Notes: generated by a model not told the origin, from the letters alone. A DNA stretch of 64,000 bases from Patescibacteria group bacterium (GCA_041671225.1 JBAZBY010000001.1:302940-366939), one strand, 5' to 3'; counted from the stretch's first letter, positions 10,189 to 20,310 are shown. Made by a program: numbers and translations.

Positions 10189-13104
10189 TTAGGAAAATAG
10201 CGATTTTAATTCCTCAGCAGTTTGTGTGTACTGCCCCTGTTTTGCTTTCAGTTCAGCAACAATCTCTTTAGGGGCACGTTCAACAAACGTCTTATTTTGT
10301 AGTTGCCCAGCAATACGGTCAAGTTGCCTTTGGATATTTTCCAGCTCTTTTTGTATGCGTGATTGATCAATTGTTGTACCAAAGTTGCCGTAAATATTCG
10401 TTGGTTCGAGTAGGCGATCATTCTTCGTTTTACTACCCGTGCGCCATTCAAGTTTTGCGAGTCGTTGCAAAATATCTGCCATATCGCTAGAGCTATCCCC
10501 CGAACTAACCACAAAGGAGAGAGGGACGCTTTCTGGGAGGCCAGCATACTTTTTGTAGCGCCGTAATACGGTGATGGTTTTTACAAGCGATGCAAATTGA
10601 TTTTCTGATGCAAGATCGCGTTTTTTTACCTTTGGCCATTCCGCGATAATGAGTTGTTTTGGTTCTTGGAGCTCCTTTGGCAAATAGTGCCAGATTGTTT
10701 CAGTAACAAATGGCATGTAGGGGTGGAGGAGCTTGAGCGATGTCACAAGCACTTCACGAAGCAGCGCAGGGTTCGGCTGGAATTTTTCGATTTCTAGGTA
10801 CCAATCTGCAAATTCATGCCAAACAAATTCATAGAGCATGTCTCCGGCGCGACCGAATTGCAAAATATCCATTGCGGTCGTTGTTGTTTCAATAATTTCC
10901 TGCAAGCGCGAGAATAGCGCCTTTTCTGGCACAGTATTCAGGGTGAGTGTGTCTTTTGGGGATGCCGCAATTTTTGGGATGCTGTATCGCGCGATGTTCC
11001 AAAGTTTATTGACGAAGTTGCGGTAGCCGCGGATCTTCTCCTCGTAGACCTGTTGGTCCTGCCCGGGGGTGGTGCCGAGCGCGAGGGCGAGCCGCACGGC
11101 ATCCGCGCCATAGCGCTCGATCATGGCAAGCGGATCGATGCCGTTGCCAAGTGACTTGGACATCTTGCGGTTCTGCCGGTCCCGCAGCAGGCCGGAGAGA
11201 TACACAGTTTCAAACGGTTTATTATCAAGGCAAAAGCTCGTCATGAGCAGCATGCGCGCCACCCAGAAGAAGAGGATGTCGTATGCGGTCTCCATGACGG
11301 TGGTGGGGTGAAAGCGCTTCAAGTCCGCGGTGTTCTTTGGCCAGCCGAGCGTGGAGAATGTCCAGAGCGCACTTGAGAACCAGGTGTCCAGCACATCGGG
11401 GTCCTTCTTCCAACCGGCACCCTTAGGCGCTTTCTCACCGACGTATATTTCCACTGCTTCGTCCGGAAGTGTTGCCACGAAGCGATAATCATATATCCAT
11501 GCCGTGGTATTCTCGGTCACATGACGATTTGGGTTCAAGCGCTGGAAGGCCGCAAGTAATTCCGCGGTGGTGTGATATTTGTTGCCGTGTTTTACATCCG
11601 GCAGCACGATGCTTTTAACGGTTTTTTTGATGGCCGCCTCAATGATTGCATAGCCGAAGATCTTTTCCGTTGTACTGTTCTTGAATGCCACGATGTCACC
11701 TTTGTGCAGCTTGTGATCGCGGATTCGGTACGTGCGTGTTTTTCCGCGGAAGACCTCTGGGGCAATGTCACCATCCCAGCCCATGTGAAGGATTTTTTTT
11801 TCTTTGTACCATACCGGGATTGCATGCCCGTACCAGATCTGGCGCGAGATGTTCCAATCATGCAGATTCTCCATCCAGTGGAAGTATGTCTTTTTGAAGC
11901 GCTCCGGGAGGATCTGTACACTGTCGCCTTGTACGAGCTTCAGCGCTTGCGCTTTGAGGCTCGGGTGTTTTTTTCCATTCTTCACATACGGTTTGTCCAC
12001 GGCAACGAACCACTGTTTTGAGGGCAGCGGTTCAATGGGAGTGTTGCAGCGGTAGCAAAGAGAAAGGTTGTGCTGCAATGACTCCTCTTTTTTAATGAGC
12101 TTCTTGTCCCGAAGCTCTTCAACGAGTTTCTCTCTGGCGTCTCGCGCGGAGAGACCGGCATACGCTCCTGCCGCGTCGGTCATGCGGCCGTCTTCGCCGA
12201 TCACGGTGATGAAGGGCAATCCCTCCCGCTGTGCGATCGCTTCATCGGTCTGGGAATGGGCAGGGGTGACACCAAGCGCACCGGTACCGTATTCCATATC
12301 CACGCCGCGGTCGGCCACAACTTTTATCTCTCGCTTCACGCCGCCGAGGGATATGGCGAATGTTTTTCCGATATATTTTTTATATCGCGCGTCCTTTGGG
12401 TTCACTGCCACGCCGGTGTCGCCGAGTTTGGTCTCCGGACGCGTGGTGGCGATTGCGAACGGAAAATTCTTGTCATAGCGAAAAGTGTACAGTGTCGCTT
12501 GCTCGTCCCGATACGTCACCTCGTCATCTGCAAGGGTAGAGCCGCAGTGTGGGCACCAGTTGACCACGCGATGGCCGCGATAGATGAGCCCGGCGTTGTA
12601 CATATCTGTGAAGGCGCGTGCAACCGCTTTGGAAAGCTCCGGAGACAGCGTGAACTGCTCTCGTGACCAATCACACGATGCACCCATTGCGCGGATCTGG
12701 TTGCGGATGGTCCCTTTTGATTCCTCAACGTACCGCTCCACGCGCTTCAAAAATGCTTCGCGGCCGATGTCCTGCCGGGTCGTACCTTCTTGCGCGAGCA
12801 ACTGTTCCACCTTTGCATTCGTGGCAATGGCCGCATGGTCCGTGCCCGGAACCCACAGCGTATCTTTGCCGTTCATGCGGTGGAAGCGTACCAAAATGTC
12901 CTCCACGGTGATGCGCGCCGCATGGCCCAAGTGCAGTACGCCTGTTGCGTTTGGCGGCGGCATGGAAATGACGAATCGACCCACCTTTTTTCTCTTCACG
13001 AGGTTCGGCAGATTGTCAGGATTAAAATACCCTGCCTTGGGTTTTGCCGTTTCCCAGGCTTTTTCGATACCCTTTTCTTTACTGTGGTCGTAATTCTTTT
13101 CCAT
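10189..13104 (-). CDS. valS: Valyl-tRNA synthetase
   Basis: 971 aa with class I HIGH (HLGH) and KMSKS motifs and a C-terminal coiled-coil tail. Confidence 0.95.
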   Translation of the reverse strand: MEKNYDHSKEKGIEKAWETAKPKAGYFNPDNLPNLVKRKKVGRFVISMPPPNATGVLHLGHAARITVEDILVRFHRMNGKDTLWVPGTDHAAIATNAKVEQLLAQEGTTRQDIGREAFLKRVERYVEESKGTIRNQIRAMGASCDWSREQFTLSPELSKAVARAFTDMYNAGLIYRGHRVVNWCPHCGSTLADDEVTYRDEQATLYTFRYDKNFPFAIATTRPETKLGDTGVAVNPKDARYKKYIGKTFAISLGGVKREIKVVADRGVDMEYGTGALGVTPAHSQTDEAIAQREGLPFITVIGEDGRMTDAAGAYAGLSARDAREKLVEELRDKKLIKKEESLQHNLSLCYRCNTPIEPLPSKQWFVAVDKPYVKNGKKHPSLKAQALKLVQGDSVQILPERFKKTYFHWMENLHDWNISRQIWYGHAIPVWYKEKKILHMGWDGDIAPEVFRGKTRTYRIRDHKLHKGDIVAFKNSTTEKIFGYAIIEAAIKKTVKSIVLPDVKHGNKYHTTAELLAAFQRLNPNRHVTENTTAWIYDYRFVATLPDEAVEIYVGEKAPKGAGWKKDPDVLDTWFSSALWTFSTLGWPKNTADLKRFHPTTVMETAYDILFFWVARMLLMTSFCLDNKPFETVYLSGLLRDRQNRKMSKSLGNGIDPLAMIERYGADAVRLALALGTTPGQDQQVYEEKIRGYRNFVNKLWNIARYSIPKIAASPKDTLTLNTVPEKALFSRLQEIIETTTTAMDILQFGRAGDMLYEFVWHEFADWYLEIEKFQPNPALLREVLVTSLKLLHPYMPFVTETIWHYLPKELQEPKQLIIAEWPKVKKRDLASENQFASLVKTITVLRRYKKYAGLPESVPLSFVVSSGDSSSDMADILQRLAKLEWRTGSKTKNDRLLEPTNIYGNFGTTIDQSRIQKELENIQRQLDRIAGQLQNKTFVERAPKEIVAELKAKQGQYTQTAEELKSLFS

Positions 13105-13149
13105 GCTTGTTATAACCTACCATCTACAACCTACGCCCTACAACCTTTC

Positions 13150-14262
13150 TCATACCAATTCCCAATTGGGATCCGCAAACAGGCGCTTGGAATTTTTTCC
13201 GCCATGCGGCGTAAGCGCGACCCGCTTTCGGCGAGGCTCGCCAAGGGCGGCAGCTGCAGCAATCATTGCTGCGTTGTCTGTGGCAAATTCAAGCTTCGGT
13301 TGGAAGTATTTTGCAGAGGTTTCCTTCTTGACCGCAGCTTCAAGTTCCTTGCGGAGCCTTTTGTTTGCCGCAACACCTCCACCAATTAATACGCTTTTTG
13401 CCTTGTACTTTTTTGCTGCGCGAACGGTTTTTTTGACCAACACATCAACAACCGCTTGTTCAAAACTCGCCGCAAGATCCTTTTTGTAGTGCATATTCTT
13501 TTTCCACCCCGGCTTTTTATCCGTGGCATAGAGCACTGCGGTTTTTAAACCTGAGAATGAAAAAGAAAAATCATCACGATCCAACATGGGCCGCGGGAGC
13601 TTTATTGCTTCAACATTTCCCTGAGCAGCGAGTTTGGAGATTTGTGGCCCACCAGGGTATGGGAGTCCCATATGCTTTGCCACTTTATCAAATGCCTCAC
13701 CTGCCGCGTCATCAACCGTGCGGCCAAGGAGGCGGTACTTTCCAAAACCCGTCATTAAAATAAGCTCCGTGTGTCCACCAGAGACCGTAAGTACTACTGC
13801 GGGGAAGGGAATTTTCGGAACAGTTTTTCCTTTATTGGGGATCCAGTTTGCTACGATATGCCCTTCCATGTGGTTCATGGGGAGGAAGGCGGCATGATGG
13901 AACCCAGCAAGCATTTTTGCCGTCTCTACGCCCACCATGAGCGCAGGAGAAAGACCAGGACCGGCTGTAACCGCAAAGATATCAATATCCTTTAGGGTGG
14001 CTTTGGATTGCGTGAGCGCTTCTTCGATCACTGGCGCAAGTGTCATCGCATGTTCGCGTGCTGCAACTTCTGGCACCACGCCGCCCGTTTTGCGGTGAAT
14101 ATCCACTTGCGAGGCAACAACATGACTTTTCAAATCAAACATGCCTTTGCTTGCTCGAGCGATTGCAACAGCAGTTTCATCACATGATGTCTCTATGGCG
14201 AGTATCCACGTTCCGGATTTTTTGACACGAGTCCGCCTCTGGCGGTCGAGTATGGTTTTCAT
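13150..14262 (-). CDS. tsaD: tRNA N6-adenosine threonylcarbamoyltransferase TsaD (Kae1/YgjD)
   Basis: ATG at 14262 (MKTILDRQ...; track ORF extends to 14355). LAIETSCDETAVAI and the His pair HMEGH. Confidence 0.85.
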   Translation of the reverse strand: MKTILDRQRRTRVKKSGTWILAIETSCDETAVAIARASKGMFDLKSHVVASQVDIHRKTGGVVPEVAAREHAMTLAPVIEEALTQSKATLKDIDIFAVTAGPGLSPALMVGVETAKMLAGFHHAAFLPMNHMEGHIVANWIPNKGKTVPKIPFPAVVLTVSGGHTELILMTGFGKYRLLGRTVDDAAGEAFDKVAKHMGLPYPGGPQISKLAAQGNVEAIKLPRPMLDRDDFSFSFSGLKTAVLYATDKKPGWKKNMHYKKDLAASFEQAVVDVLVKKTVRAAKKYKAKSVLIGGGVAANKRLRKELEAAVKKETSAKYFQPKLEFATDNAAMIAAAAALGEPRRKRVALTPHGGKNSKRLFADPNWELV

Positions 14263-14387
14263 AGGAGCATTGTAGCAGAAGGTTGACAAAAACGTACATT
14301 TTGCTATGGTGTTTTGTCCTTCTGCAGTGGAACCATACAACTCAACGGAGCGCATGCAGGCATGCGCACTCTCTGAAGGAGAATCCC

Positions 14388-14960
14388 ATGCGTTTCGTAT
14401 CCCTTCTCGTGCTCGTTGTCCTGGCGTTGTGTGCGCAGTCCGCTGATGCCGGAATGGTGGCCAATACCAAATTGGCTGTTCACGAAACAGCGCCGGTTTC
14501 GCCCGACTCCAGTTGGCAGGTTGCGGCGTGGATGCTTCTACCAGACATGGACAGCAACCCGACTACGATGGTTGCAGTTGTTGGGCCCCGCTACCAGGCG
14601 AAGACCTGGTGGCTCGAGTTCAACCTCGGCGCTTTCGTTGCCGATCAGCATGCTCGCGGCGTCATCGACATTCGTGCCGCGTTCAGTGGGTGGGATCCGC
14701 TCTTCACGTGTGCCAATGTGCAAAGTACGCCAGAACTCGGCTCCTGGTATTTCTACGCCGATCTGGATCGGAAACTTCCCTACGGTCGCATCGGCATTGA
14801 GACCGAGGATCGCCTCCCTCAAGGGAAAGACGATTACAGCGCGGGCGTGCACGTGGTCCTTCCCTTTAAAGGAATGTGCATGTATGTCGCATACCAGCGG
14901 CACTTCCTCAGGCGGGGCGACGAGCAACTATGGATTCGGGCAATCCTCCTGACTCCATGA
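14388..14960 (+). CDS. Secreted hypothetical protein with signal peptide; GC-richer than surroundings
   Basis: ATG at 14388 with AAGGAG 7 nt upstream. MRFVSLLVLVVLALCAQSADA looks like a signal peptide. Sampled 60-nt windows give 53-65% GC. Confidence 0.5.
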   Translation: MRFVSLLVLVVLALCAQSADAGMVANTKLAVHETAPVSPDSSWQVAAWMLLPDMDSNPTTMVAVVGPRYQAKTWWLEFNLGAFVADQHARGVIDIRAAFSGWDPLFTCANVQSTPELGSWYFYADLDRKLPYGRIGIETEDRLPQGKDDYSAGVHVVLPFKGMCMYVAYQRHFLRRGDEQLWIRAILLTP

Positions 14961-14982
14961 CATGTTTTCTGGCCTTGGTTCT

Positions 14983-15021
14983 TGCCCGGGTAACCTCTGA
15001 TGAGGCCCCGGGCGTTTTTTA
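14983..15021 (+). terminator. Rho-independent terminator after secreted-protein gene
   Basis: gcccggg ... ccccgggc stem followed by gtttttt. Confidence 0.5.
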
Positions 15022-15062
15022 TATTCCTTGCCCTCGCGACGTAGCTCGCGTATTATAAGGGT

Positions 15063-17078
15063 ATGAATACTCGTGGTCTTATTTATACCCTTAGTTTCGC
15101 TGTTGTTGTTGTTGCCGGGTTATTGTATTCGTTGTGGGCAGATCCATTTGGCCTTCTCAATAAGAATGAGAATGCGAACACTGCTGTGAATCTGAACACG
15201 AATACCTCAACGTTTACCGAAGACGGCATTCAGGCGTTTACTTCTGCCGAAGAGTTTCGGTCCTATCTCGCAAGCGCCCCAAGCACATCAACAACATATT
15301 CTCTTGCCGCGCCGCGCGCCGCGCTTGATGGCGATTTTGTCGTTGAAGATATCGGGACCACTGTTGGTTTAGGAACGAGTGAGCTTGCCGCACCAGATAC
15401 ACAGACCGTTGAGCGCGTTTCCGAAACGAATGTTCAAGTGCAAGGCATTGATGAGCCGGACATTGTGAAGACTGATGGTACCACCTTGTTCCTCTCGCAG
15501 GAGGATTATTTTTCCCAACCGTTTTTTGGGTTTGAGCGTCAGGTTGCGCCTCTTGAGGGCGACGCCATTGCTCCGGAATTCGCCAGGATTGCTGAAACGA
15601 AATCCGTGACCGTATTCCCCATTGAGGATCTCGAAGAAGCAGGCAGCGTTGAGGATGCCGGCGATCTTCTCCTCATCGGCAGTAACCTCATGGTGCTGAA
15701 GCAGACCGGCATCACCGCATACGATGTTTCTGACCCGACAACATTTGAAAAACAATGGACGCTTGAATACGATAATGGACAATATCTCGAAACAGCACGC
15801 ATGTTTGATGGGAAGCTCTATCTTATAACGCGTCAGTATGTGGACAGGATAACGCCATGCCCCCTTGAGCCATTCATACTTGATGGGGAAGCATTTGTTG
15901 TTCCCTGCGATACTATTTTTCATCCCGTGACCCCTGTGACCGTTGATGCCACCTATACCGCAGCGATTATCGATCCGGCAACGGGTGCTGTTCAGGAGAG
16001 TATTTCGTTCGTGGGGGAGCAGAGTTCGAGCACGATCTATATGTCACCGAATGCTCTGTATGTTTTTTTCACCCAGTATCAGAGCCAGGCGAACCTTCTT
16101 CTGGACTTTGTGCTCGGAGAAGGCGCTTCGGTCTTCCCGCAGTCCGTACGAACAGACCTCGAGCGGGTGCAAGGGTATGATATTAGTGATCAGGCAAAAG
16201 AGATTGAGTTCTCATTGATCCTTGAGGACTATTTTACATCACTCACCCCGGAAGAAGAGGCAACGTTGCAGAATACCTATCAGGATCTTTTTGAAGCGTA
16301 TCTTGAAAAGCGAGCACGCGAATTTGTTACCAGTGGCATTGTGAAGATCTCTCTCGATTCATTCACCGTGGCAGGAACCGGTGAGGTGCCTGGCTATCTT
16401 TTGAACCAATTTTCTGTTGATGAATACAATGGCAATCTTCGTGTTGCAACAACAAGTGATGCAAACCTTGGCGGAGCGAGCGTGAATGATGTTTATATTT
16501 TAGATAAGGACTTAAAGACCATAGGCTCCGTACTTGATCTTGGCGTTGGTGAACGAATCTACAGCGCACGATTCATTGGCGACAAGGGGTATGTTGTGAC
16601 ATTCCGGCAAATCGATCCATTCTACGTGCTTGATCTTTCTATACCGACCGATCCAAAAAAAACCGGGGAGTTAAAAATTCCTGGATTTTCATCCTATCTT
16701 GATCCGCTAACGGAGAATCTTGTTCTTGGCGTGGGAGAAGCAAGCGGTCAGACGAAGCTCTCTCTTTTTAATGTTGCAGATCCAGAAAACCCCATTGAGG
16801 CGGCCAATTTTAATCTTGATGCATATTGGTCAGGCGTCAGCGAGTCACATCACGCATTCCTCCACGATGCAACATTTTCGGCATTCTTTCTTCCCGCGGG
16901 CGAGGATGGATATATCTTCTCATACACAGACGATGGCCTCACCCTGGAGAAGGTTGTTGAGGATGTAGGCGCACAACGCGCGATCTATGTGAATGAGAAC
17001 TTGTATGTTGTTGGCAGTTCCAAAATTGTGGTTCTGGATGAGAAGACGTGGGAAGAAGTAGCGTCTCTTTCGCTGTAA
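15063..17078 (+). CDS. Membrane-anchored secreted protein with C-terminal beta-propeller domain (PF09826/COG4880-like)
   Basis: 671 aa with an N-terminal TM. Characteristic stretch RFIGDKGYVVTFRQIDPFYVLDLSIPTDPKKTGELKIPGFSSYLDP. Confidence 0.6.
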   Translation: MNTRGLIYTLSFAVVVVAGLLYSLWADPFGLLNKNENANTAVNLNTNTSTFTEDGIQAFTSAEEFRSYLASAPSTSTTYSLAAPRAALDGDFVVEDIGTTVGLGTSELAAPDTQTVERVSETNVQVQGIDEPDIVKTDGTTLFLSQEDYFSQPFFGFERQVAPLEGDAIAPEFARIAETKSVTVFPIEDLEEAGSVEDAGDLLLIGSNLMVLKQTGITAYDVSDPTTFEKQWTLEYDNGQYLETARMFDGKLYLITRQYVDRITPCPLEPFILDGEAFVVPCDTIFHPVTPVTVDATYTAAIIDPATGAVQESISFVGEQSSSTIYMSPNALYVFFTQYQSQANLLLDFVLGEGASVFPQSVRTDLERVQGYDISDQAKEIEFSLILEDYFTSLTPEEEATLQNTYQDLFEAYLEKRAREFVTSGIVKISLDSFTVAGTGEVPGYLLNQFSVDEYNGNLRVATTSDANLGGASVNDVYILDKDLKTIGSVLDLGVGERIYSARFIGDKGYVVTFRQIDPFYVLDLSIPTDPKKTGELKIPGFSSYLDPLTENLVLGVGEASGQTKLSLFNVADPENPIEAANFNLDAYWSGVSESHHAFLHDATFSAFFLPAGEDGYIFSYTDDGLTLEKVVEDVGAQRAIYVNENLYVVGSSKIVVLDEKTWEEVASLSL

Positions 17079-17194
17079 CCTTATTGCCGGGTTGATTTTC
17101 TCGACCATTGGCACCCTTGTTGCCATACCGATTCTGTACAATCTGTTCCACAAATCAAAGCGGAAGGTGCTTTTGTTTATGCTACAATGGCGCA

Positions 17195-18019
17195 ATGGAC
17201 TTTCTTTTGCTCTCAGTAATTTTTTTTGCATCGGGCGTCTTGGCGTTGGCGTATTATCATTTTGTTCCATCCGCAGATGCGCTGCGCAGACGCCTTCCCA
17301 ATAAAGTAAGCCCGGCAGCGTTATTACTTACCGCCGTACTCGCCGGCGCATTGTGGTATTTGTTTTCCAACTATGCCGGATTTTCACGGTATTACATTTT
17401 ATTTGCATTACTGTTTGCGCTCCTTATCTTTGAAACGGTTTTTTTGCTGCTCATCCGCTGGGTACGGTCCGATACGCTATTAGTCACCGTTAGTCTTGTT
17501 TCTGCCGGTGGGATTTTTGCCGTGGAGATTGCAGCACCCTCATTCGTATTACTGAACAGCATTGTTATTATTGCAACCTTTGGCGCGGCAACGCTGCTCG
17601 TACGTCTGAACATGCTGCGCACGTGGATGTTTCACGCGTTAGCAATACTTTGGACGTTCTATGACATCTGGCTCGTGCGCGAGGTGCTCCCGCGCGTCTT
17701 CAAGCCCAGCGAACCCACGGCAGAACCGCGCTACTTTTTCTTTCCCGTGATCACCGCCGGCCGCCTTTCTCTTGGCAGCGGGGATGTCATGTTTCTGGTT
17801 CTCATGGCGCTCGTGCTCTTCCGCGAGTACGGCAAGACCGCCGCGTTCACGCTTGTGGTCGCAGAAACAGCGGGTCTTTTGGCAACCGGCTTATTTCTCC
17901 CGGAGGACGGATTCCAGATCCCATTCCTGGTGGTGATGACGCCGATTTTCTTTTTGGTGTATGGCGTGGCGTGGTGGCAGCGACGCAGAATTACTTCCCG
18001 CTCTTCCCCGCGGCTATAG
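17195..18019 (+). CDS. Polytopic membrane protein, candidate presenilin/signal-peptide-peptidase-like (A22) intramembrane aspartyl protease
   Basis: ATG at 17195 (track ORF starts at TTG 17108). FYDIWLV (compare SPP YDxFWVF), LGSGDV (GxGD), QIPFLVV (PAL-like), about 8-9 TM segments. Confidence 0.35.
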   Translation: MDFLLLSVIFFASGVLALAYYHFVPSADALRRRLPNKVSPAALLLTAVLAGALWYLFSNYAGFSRYYILFALLFALLIFETVFLLLIRWVRSDTLLVTVSLVSAGGIFAVEIAAPSFVLLNSIVIIATFGAATLLVRLNMLRTWMFHALAILWTFYDIWLVREVLPRVFKPSEPTAEPRYFFFPVITAGRLSLGSGDVMFLVLMALVLFREYGKTAAFTLVVAETAGLLATGLFLPEDGFQIPFLVVMTPIFFLVYGVAWWQRRRITSRSSPRL

Positions 18020-18067
18020 CCCTCGGCCTTTGGCCTACGGACAAGGCCTTACGGGCGAGGTGACCAG

Positions 18068-18535
18068 CTATAGTTTTTTCAAATCAGCAATAAGTTGTGT
18101 GTTGTTTGTATAGTGAATGGCCATCATACCAGCAGATGACGCCGCCGAGAGATTTTTTTGTTTATCATCAACATAACAAACGTGCCCTGGCTGCTCATTT
18201 ATTTTTTCCGATACGATGCGGTAGAGCTCCGGATCCGTTTTCTTTTTACCAATCCGCAAGGCTGAATATATATTGAGAAATAGATGGCCAATATGTTTTT
18301 GGACTGCCGGATCATCCTGAATGACTTTTGATGAGAGGATATGCACCGTCCAGGCGTCTTGGTGTGATTCAAGATATGTAATGAGCTCATCATTAAAGGT
18401 AAAGTAGTCCGTAAAGACAAAATTGGGTTTTTCTTTTACCTCGGCGTAACGTTTATTGAGACCCCCGGTGTATGTGGTGTCTTTTGGGAAAAGTAGTGTT
18501 CTGGAGAAATCAAAGATGATAGCGTTTAGTTTCAT
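18068..18535 (-). CDS. HAD-superfamily hydrolase-like protein
   Basis: ATG at 18535 (MKLNAIIFDFSRTLL, motif I-like). Track ORF is N-terminally extended. Confidence 0.5.
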   Translation of the reverse strand: MKLNAIIFDFSRTLLFPKDTTYTGGLNKRYAEVKEKPNFVFTDYFTFNDELITYLESHQDAWTVHILSSKVIQDDPAVQKHIGHLFLNIYSALRIGKKKTDPELYRIVSEKINEQPGHVCYVDDKQKNLSAASSAGMMAIHYTNNTQLIADLKKL

Positions 18536-18539
18536 AGGA

Positions 18540-19244
18540 CTATTTTCCTGACTTTTTTCCGCTCTTGAGTTTATTAAGTGTTTCCCTGCGTGCGATTGCG
18601 GGGAGGTCGTTCTCGTATTTCTCCACGAAGGTTCGCACGGCCGGTGCATGATAGTGGATGAGTGCTCGCAGAATCCATGAGACTGCTTTTGTCATAATAA
18701 CGTCGCGTTCGTGCATGGTTTTGCGCACAAAACTGAACGCGAGATTTTTCCAACGCGGACTCTTATTATAGCGCACGACCCACGTAAGCGCGACAATAGC
18801 AACGCGCCGCGCCCAGATGTTCTTGGAAGCGATGAGTTTTTTGAGATAGTGCTCTCCGCGTGCAGGATCAGCAAGCACCCACGTACCCAAAGGCACACCA
18901 CAGATGTTGTCAGAGACCGCCCAGTTGTCGATACGCGCGATCCATCGGTTCCATTGTGCCTCGGTGATGCTTGGGATGACGCGGACGTTCTGTGCAAGGA
19001 CGTAGCTTGCGATCAAACGCTCATCAAATGAAGGTGCGCAGTACAACGCGTTCACGAGCGAAAGAACCTCGCGCGCTGAAGCCTGCTGATGCTCCCGCGT
19101 CCACTGGCGTGCAATGCTTCTTTGTGCAGGCGTGGATGCGCCATACATCCTGAGCTTCGTGTGGTTGAAGTAATAGCGGATCGGTTCGCACTTTTTTGGA
19201 TCGCCGCGCAGTGTGAGTTCGCGGCGGATATCGGCGAGGGTCAT
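18540..19244 (-). CDS. DNA alkylation repair protein (AlkD-like HEAT-repeat glycosylase family)
   Basis: 234 aa. WAVSDNICGVPLG ... RRVAIVALT pattern typical of the DNA_alkylation family. Confidence 0.6.
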   Translation of the reverse strand: MTLADIRRELTLRGDPKKCEPIRYYFNHTKLRMYGASTPAQRSIARQWTREHQQASAREVLSLVNALYCAPSFDERLIASYVLAQNVRVIPSITEAQWNRWIARIDNWAVSDNICGVPLGTWVLADPARGEHYLKKLIASKNIWARRVAIVALTWVVRYNKSPRWKNLAFSFVRKTMHERDVIMTKAVSWILRALIHYHAPAVRTFVEKYENDLPAIARRETLNKLKSGKKSGK

Positions 19245-19320
19245 AGGTTCATCATATCAGACGCATACATGGTATGTCAGTGGCTCTGAAACGGAAAATT
19301 CCGTATAGTACGGAGTATCC

Positions 19321-19854
19321 ATGAGCATTTTCCAATCATTCAATACCCCGCACCATCGCACGTCCTTGCTCTTGTTTGGTGCAGGCATTGTGGTTGCCGT
19401 GCTCTTTCTTCTTATTCCCGGGCTTCATGATACGCTCTTGCGCATCGATCGCCTGGGATACCTGGGAATGTTCATTGCCGGTATTCTGTATTCCAGCGCG
19501 TTCACGTCCGCAACCGCCACCGTGCTGCTCACGCAGGACGCGGTGTCTTTGAACCCTATTTTTGTGGGGTTGATCGGCGCACTCGGCGCGATGAGTTATG
19601 ACGCGGCAGTGTTTCTTTCCGCCCGGGAAGGCTCCCATCACGGACGGATGTTCCAGCTCATGGAGCAGATCCGTTTGCATTTCCACATACCCAGCCATGT
19701 TTCATTGATGGTCGGCGGGCTCATCCTTGCCTCGCCGCTCCCGGACGAACTTGCTGCGGGTTTTCTGGGCGCGATGAGCGGCAGGATCGTTCCGTTCCTT
19801 GTTCTCTCTTTTGCCTGTAATGCCATCGGGATCATGCTGCTCAGCCTTTTGTGA
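19321..19854 (+). CDS. Hypothetical membrane protein
   Basis: 177 aa with about 4 TM segments. Confidence 0.45.
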   Translation: MSIFQSFNTPHHRTSLLLFGAGIVVAVLFLLIPGLHDTLLRIDRLGYLGMFIAGILYSSAFTSATATVLLTQDAVSLNPIFVGLIGALGAMSYDAAVFLSAREGSHHGRMFQLMEQIRLHFHIPSHVSLMVGGLILASPLPDELAAGFLGAMSGRIVPFLVLSFACNAIGIMLLSLL

Positions 19855-19875
19855 ACCCCAGAGCTGTTTGCGGTT

Positions 19876-20310
19876 TTATTCTTGCCGCGAATAGAGCCCG
19901 ATGAGCTGCGCATCAGCAATAACATGCGGGGCAATACGCTCCGCGTAGTTTTCTTTTGTGAGTTTCTCAATGGATTCGGTATCCAAGGCGTAGATTTTGA
20001 AGAAGTAGTTATGTTCTCCTGATGGCGGGCATGGTCCTCCCCAAGATGTTTTGCCGAAAGTGTTTTCAATTTCCATGCCCGGCACAGGGACACCTTCGGG
20101 GATCTCGGTCACTGTTGGTGGAATATCTTTTATGATCCAATGAATAAAGTCTCCGCCTGGCGCATCTGGATCTACCACCACAAGCACGTAGCTTTTGGTT
20201 TCTGTTGGTGTATCTCCCCAATGGAGTTGCGGGGCACCCCCTTCGCCATCGCAGGTGTACTTTGATGGGATGCGTTGGCCATCTTCAAAACTTTGACTCG
20301 CAAGAAACAT
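19876..20310 (-). CDS. YbhB/YbcL-family PEBP (Raf-kinase-inhibitor-like) protein
   Basis: ATG at 20310 (MFLASQSFEDG...). DPDAPGGDFIHW and GYSRQE-type PEBP motifs. Confidence 0.75.
   Translation of the reverse strand: MFLASQSFEDGQRIPSKYTCDGEGGAPQLHWGDTPTETKSYVLVVVDPDAPGGDFIHWIIKDIPPTVTEIPEGVPVPGMEIENTFGKTSWGGPCPPSGEHNYFFKIYALDTESIEKLTKENYAERIAPHVIADAQLIGLYSRQE

Noticed and set aside
13150-14355. Longer versions of tsaD (to 14355) and of the secreted-protein ORF (from 14283)
   Set aside because: Both extensions lack family similarity and overlap each other. Internal ATGs at 14262 and 14388 give canonical N-termini, the latter with a strong AAGGAG.
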